Source: an uncultured Candidatus Saccharibacteria bacterium | GTDB taxonomy: Bacteria > Patescibacteriota > Minisyncoccia > Ryanbacterales > GWA2-47-10b | Assembly: GCA_964356915.1 (NCBI GenBank) | Contig: CAYHJF010000001.1 | Coordinates: 4,664 to 68,663, forward strand | Length of the DNA: 64,000 nt | Direction of reading: 5' to 3' | Shown here: positions 60,518 through 64,000 of the stretch, piece by piece | Layout of the letters: the number at the start of each line of letters is the position of its first letter | Position numbering within the stretch: position 1 is the first letter of the stretch | Notes under the pieces: generated by a model | Databases searched by the model: none | Told to the model about the DNA's origin: nothing | What the model saw: the letters and a program-made list of their open reading frames with translations, nothing else | Position numbers and translations under genes: made by a program

Positions 60518-62029
60518 TCAGCTCGCCGTGGACGCCTGAGCGTCTTCGGAGCGCTGCTGATGCTTGCCGCCGGAACGCCGAGCCTGCGGGTTGGCCGCGT
60601 TGGCGACCATACGCTCCTTGAGGGAGGTGAAGATCGCACAGAACGGCTCGGGCAGATCGGCCACGAGGGTGAAGTCGGCGACCTTGCCGACCGCCTCGTC
60701 CCACTGGGCTTCGTTGTGGTCCACGATGCGGACCTTGCCGTCCCCGTCGCACTCGACGAGGAAGTCACACGCCACGGCGATGTCGCTGTCCTTCAGATAG
60801 ATGACGGCCGTACCCTTCTTCCCGTCGACGATGACGTCGTGGGCGTTGAGCGTGGCATCACCGCGCAGGTTCTTGCGAGCGCCCTTGTCGGCGCCGTCGA
60901 CCTTCTTGGTGCGGGCACGTTCGGCGCGCTGTTCGGCCGCGTGGAGTACCCGCTGGAGCATCTTCATCGTGACGATCATCGCCGTGAACGCTTCCTGCGG
61001 CAGACGCCGAGGGAAGTTGAGCTGGCCGTCGACGAGAGCGGTGACCGGGATGCCGAGACGAGTCTCGGCGGCGCGTTCGACCACACCCTTGCTGCGACCG
61101 ACCGCGGTGATGGGGAAGATCTCCCCGTCCTTGATCGTGATCTTGATGTCGGCGGCCGGATAGAACCGATTGGTAGCCTGCTCTCCAGGAACGTGCACCA
61201 CGATGGTGCTCTCCCGCTGCTCGTTGACGCAGGCGTTGACCGCCTGCTCGAGCGTGAGCTCGTCGGCACCCTCCTTGAGTACCGCGACCTCGATCGCGAT
61301 CTCATCGCGCCGCTTGGCGTCGAGCTTGCCGGAGATCTCGCGAAGTCCGGAGAAGATGGCCGCGATCATGCTGGCAGGAAGGTCACACACGAGGAGCTGA
61401 CGCTCCCAGCGGTTTCCACCCATGTCGATCGTGACGCCGTGCGTCTCGCGACGATTCTCGACCGTGACCGGAAGCTGCACGCCCCGAGACACGTCCGTAC
61501 CGTTGTCCGCCTTCCGCCAGAACCCGAGCCGAAGCCCGAGATCCGCGATGAAGTTGAGAGCCGAGCGCGCCGCCATCTCACCGTCTTCGGTGGTGATGTC
61601 GAACGCACCGGTCACATCTTCGGTCTCGCCGGGCTTGCTCTCGCTCGGCATCTTGAACTCGCCCGTGCGGACGATCTCGACGACGCCGCCGATGAGCGCG
61701 ACCGTGAGGTCAGCGCGGCCCGGCTTGGTCGGCCAGGCCTTGATGTAGGACACGAGGACCTGATCGACCTGGACCCAGAGCTGCTCGACGACGTTGCGAT
61801 ACGTCGCGGGATCGGCGAGCGAGCTGACGATCAGGATGACGTTCTCCGTGATCGTTGCCATGCTCTGCGTGAGCGTGGCCGTGAGCTGCCGGATTCCGAC
61901 CGGCGTGAGCAGATCGAGCTTCCCGAGTGCCGGAGGAATCCTCAGGCCACCGACGGTGACCGAGGCACCCACCTTGCCGATCTCGGCGAGGCTCTTGACG
62001 ACGTTTCCGTTGCGATCGTGCTTCTTCAT
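60518..62029 (-). CDS. hypothetical protein encoded in a ~65% GC block (foreign-looking)
   Basis: 503-aa ORF. ATG at 62029 is preceded by GGAGG at 7-nt spacing. The protein is Ala/Gly/Val/Arg/Asp-rich. In-frame competing ORFs on every strand are typical of high-GC DNA. No motif recognised. Confidence 0.65.
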   Translation of the reverse strand: MKKHDRNGNVVKSLAEIGKVGASVTVGGLRIPPALGKLDLLTPVGIRQLTATLTQSMATITENVILIVSSLADPATYRNVVEQLWVQVDQVLVSYIKAWPTKPGRADLTVALIGGVVEIVRTGEFKMPSESKPGETEDVTGAFDITTEDGEMAARSALNFIADLGLRLGFWRKADNGTDVSRGVQLPVTVENRRETHGVTIDMGGNRWERQLLVCDLPASMIAAIFSGLREISGKLDAKRRDEIAIEVAVLKEGADELTLEQAVNACVNEQRESTIVVHVPGEQATNRFYPAADIKITIKDGEIFPITAVGRSKGVVERAAETRLGIPVTALVDGQLNFPRRLPQEAFTAMIVTMKMLQRVLHAAEQRAERARTKKVDGADKGARKNLRGDATLNAHDVIVDGKKGTAVIYLKDSDIAVACDFLVECDGDGKVRIVDHNEAQWDEAVGKVADFTLVADLPEPFCAIFTSLKERMVANAANPQARRSGGKHQQRSEDAQASTAS

Positions 62030-62204
62030 GACATTCCTCCAATTGTTCCCTCTTTTACCCGGCCGCTGTGCGGTTGTTTTTGAGTAAAAGAGTTTTGTCG
62101 ATGAACACGGTCTCCGATATGGATATACCGCTTGCTACAACAACATATTGTGAAGAACTTCTCCCTCCCGTTTGGTATATCGGGCAAGAGCTTTAAGTTC
62201 GTTA

Positions 62205-62251
62205 GCATTATAACAAAAATAAAAGAACCTGTCAAGTATATCTGACAGGTT
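62205..62251 (-). terminator. rho-independent terminator downstream of the beta-CASP gene
   Basis: GAACCTGTC-loop-GACAGGTTC hairpin followed on the minus strand by TCTTTTATTTTTG. Confidence 0.55.
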
Positions 62252-62254
62252 CAC

Positions 62255-63682
62255 TTAGATCTGATATTCGGCCCCTAACAGGGCTTTTGTCACGCCCCCT
62301 CCATGCTGGGCTATCGCTGCATCCATATTTTCCTCGCTACCATGAGTGAGAAAAGTCTCGCGCGGCTGCAACTGTTCAATCATCTGCCCAAGACCATGCG
62401 CATCCATATGAGCAGAAAGCGTGAAATTTTGCATCGCAGCACTAAGCTGAACTCGTTTGCCGCAAAAGGTAACAGTTTCTCCACGACGAACGCGCAGAAG
62501 CATTCCTCCTGGAGAACATGGGTCTTGATACGATGTGAGCGCGATGAGGTTTTCTCTTTTCCCTGCTAGCGCTGCAGCATATTGAACCGCATGTCCACCC
62601 GAAAGCATCCCGCTTGGCGCGATTGCCACGAGTGGATGCGTTCCACTGGTAATTCGCCGCCGATCGGACGGACTAGAGATAAAATAGTTTCTCATCTCAG
62701 GCGGTGCAGCCCCATGAGTAATATAGACTTCACCAGTATGACGCGCCGCGCCATCGATAAGCACGGGATACTGTCCAACCACTCCGTGCTTTTTCAAGAT
62801 CCACCATACTTCCGCAGAACGTGCGATCGCGAGTACAGGACAAAGCACCTTGCCTCCCGCTTCGAGACATTCGACGATCGCTTGAACGAACTCTCCTTCG
62901 AGCTCCTCACGTGATCGTGCAATACGCCCTGCGTATGTCGCCTCTGAGACAACGAAGTCAACTGGTAACTGCGGAAGAGTCGCCCCTCCAACAGTATGTT
63001 GATCATGGAAACAAATATCTCCTGAAAAAAATACGCGTGACGGCTTGGTCACCAAAACCGATATTGCACCTACGATATGTCCCGCGTGGTGAATTTCGAT
63101 TTCAAATGGGCCGACTTCGAGTCGATCGCCAGGCTTGATAATTTTGACGTGTCTGCGCAATGCATCAACATCAAACTCATCAAAGAGACACTGACGACCC
63201 TCTCTACGCGCAACTTTGATCGCATCCTTCCAACTCCATTCTCCGAGTTGATAGGTTGCTCGCGTCATATAGATAGTCGTGCGCGGGAAACGGCGACGCA
63301 GGTACGGCAACGCGCCCAAATGGTCAGCATGCCCGTGCGTTACGATTACAACCGTTCGCTCACATTCCTCAAATAGCGCCATGTCAGGCAAATACCCTTC
63401 GAAGAAAATATTTTCGTCGGGGCGAGAAATGACATTATTCAGTCTCGGCATAGTTGGCGGTAAACGCATACCTGCTCCGATATCCAGAAACTCTGGTTCA
63501 TCGGGGATCAGCATGATCTCTTCCGCGCGCCGCAACTGTTCTTCGACTGGCATCTGATATGCACCAAAATCAACACAAATCATTGTTGACGATTTTCGAT
63601 CACGAAGCGCGTAGGCACTTCCTCCGATTGGAGGCTTCTGCCCCATCGGATCGAGTGCCCCACCGAGTGGGACGAACTCCAT
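62255..63682 (-). CDS. metallo-beta-lactamase-fold beta-CASP family nuclease (RNase J / CPSF-like)
   Basis: HGHADH (HxHxDH) motif, plus downstream Asp/His motifs consistent with a beta-CASP domain. 475 aa. Confidence 0.82.
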   Translation of the reverse strand: MEFVPLGGALDPMGQKPPIGGSAYALRDRKSSTMICVDFGAYQMPVEEQLRRAEEIMLIPDEPEFLDIGAGMRLPPTMPRLNNVISRPDENIFFEGYLPDMALFEECERTVVIVTHGHADHLGALPYLRRRFPRTTIYMTRATYQLGEWSWKDAIKVARREGRQCLFDEFDVDALRRHVKIIKPGDRLEVGPFEIEIHHAGHIVGAISVLVTKPSRVFFSGDICFHDQHTVGGATLPQLPVDFVVSEATYAGRIARSREELEGEFVQAIVECLEAGGKVLCPVLAIARSAEVWWILKKHGVVGQYPVLIDGAARHTGEVYITHGAAPPEMRNYFISSPSDRRRITSGTHPLVAIAPSGMLSGGHAVQYAAALAGKRENLIALTSYQDPCSPGGMLLRVRRGETVTFCGKRVQLSAAMQNFTLSAHMDAHGLGQMIEQLQPRETFLTHGSEENMDAAIAQHGGGVTKALLGAEYQI

Positions 63683-63825
63683 ATCTCATACCTCTCTTTT
63701 TGGGAGAACAGACGGTATCTATACCATCCTTTTCTGCAGAATATAATGAATTATTTTGACAAAAAAGTCAATACTCCCCACGCACCGGTTTGACGTACCT
63801 CATCCCCTCGCTTAGATTCGTATAT

Positions 63826-64000
63826 ATGGAAGCGATTGACATCTTTGATCGCCGGTGGCCCGCACTGTTAAAAGAACTGCCGGACATATCTCCTCCCAAG
63901 ACTCTTTTTTTGCGCGGCACTCTCCCACCTCCTGATAGCCTCTCAATCGCAATCGTAGGCACACGCAATCCTACCTCATACGGCAAAGACGTCACTCGCG
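63826..64000 (+). CDS. dprA: DNA processing protein DprA/Smf (N-terminal 58 aa; continues beyond window end)
   Basis: MEAIDIFDRRWPALLKELPDISPPKTLFLRGTLPPPDSLSIAIVGTRNPTSYGKDVTR matches the DprA N-terminal core (LxxIxxPPxxLFxxG...AIVGSRxxSxYG). No stop codon before the window end. Confidence 0.78.
   Translation, partial: MEAIDIFDRRWPALLKELPDISPPKTLFLRGTLPPPDSLSIAIVGTRNPTSYGKDVTR

Noticed and set aside
60560-62083. 507-aa plus-strand ORF and about ten other overlapping ORFs in all frames
   Set aside because: Stop-codon depletion in ~65% GC DNA produces long open frames on every strand. Only the minus-strand 60518-62029 frame has a GGAGG ribosome-binding site with an ATG start and protein-like composition. 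The others are Arg/Pro/Ser-rich nonsense.
63768-63995. 75-aa minus-strand ORF at the window end
   Set aside because: It is antisense to the clear dprA N-terminus on the plus strand and has an Arg/Gly/Ser-rich nonsense composition.

Overview
The window reads as a compact, gene-dense bacterial chromosome segment with a background GC that I estimate by eye at roughly 45%. Its gene content (listed below) resembles a small-genome Candidate Phyla Radiation / Patescibacteria-type organism; that placement is inference from gene content, not from any search.

Conserved core genes, almost all on the minus strand:
- rpoC (5' part, runs off the window edge) and rpoB
- secF and secD
- a cytidylyltransferase translationally coupled to a dCMP-deaminase fusion, then HIT, thyA and folA
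- rplK, nusG and secE, ending in a terminator with no rplA/rplJ/rplL
- gyrB, pheT and pheS
- gatA, gatC and ligA
- recG, ftsH, a beta-CASP MBL nuclease, and dprA (5' part at the window end)

About 12 kb (35.1-47.7 kb) is a complete type IV pilus / competence locus: pilM-N-O, pilB, a CheY-like regulator, pilT, pilC, two major pilins, prepilin peptidase pilD, three pseudopilins, a PilX-like protein, and comFC. With dprA at the window end this is a natural-transformation toolkit.

An accessory-looking stretch (18.5-31.3 kb) carries:
- a thioredoxin / CcdA-DsbD-like / Met-His-rich multicopper oxidase operon
- an AT-rich leucine-rich-repeat membrane protein gene
- a pyrD-like gene, mscL, a GIY-YIG nuclease and several small ORFs
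- a class-A beta-lactamase-like serine hydrolase and an orphan ParB-like protein

RNA genes: eight tRNA genes (Asp-GUC, Met-CAU, initiator fMet, Ser-GCU, Arg-GCG, Ile-UAU, and the two halves of a split UAU tRNA); none of the six-frame ORFs over them is real.

Most striking observations:
- At 53745-53969 a complete tRNA(UAU) gene sits inside the anticodon loop of a second, paralogous tRNA(UAU). The 5' and 3' halves of the outer tRNA flank it and are perfectly complementary to each other, with four compensatory base-pair changes relative to the inner tRNA. This is a nested or split tRNA gene arrangement.
- tRNA-Met and tRNA-fMet each have a direct repeat of their own 3' end about 100 nt downstream. 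These look like att-site scars.
- A sharply delimited 1.65 kb block at 60.4-62.04 kb is roughly 65% GC and encodes one 503-aa protein with no recognisable motif, bounded by terminators. It is either horizontally acquired or an assembly chimera.
- A 1195-aa hypothetical protein with no recognisable domain, a disordered N-terminus and a Gly/Ser-rich degenerate repeat block, sits next to a higher-GC 237-aa gene.
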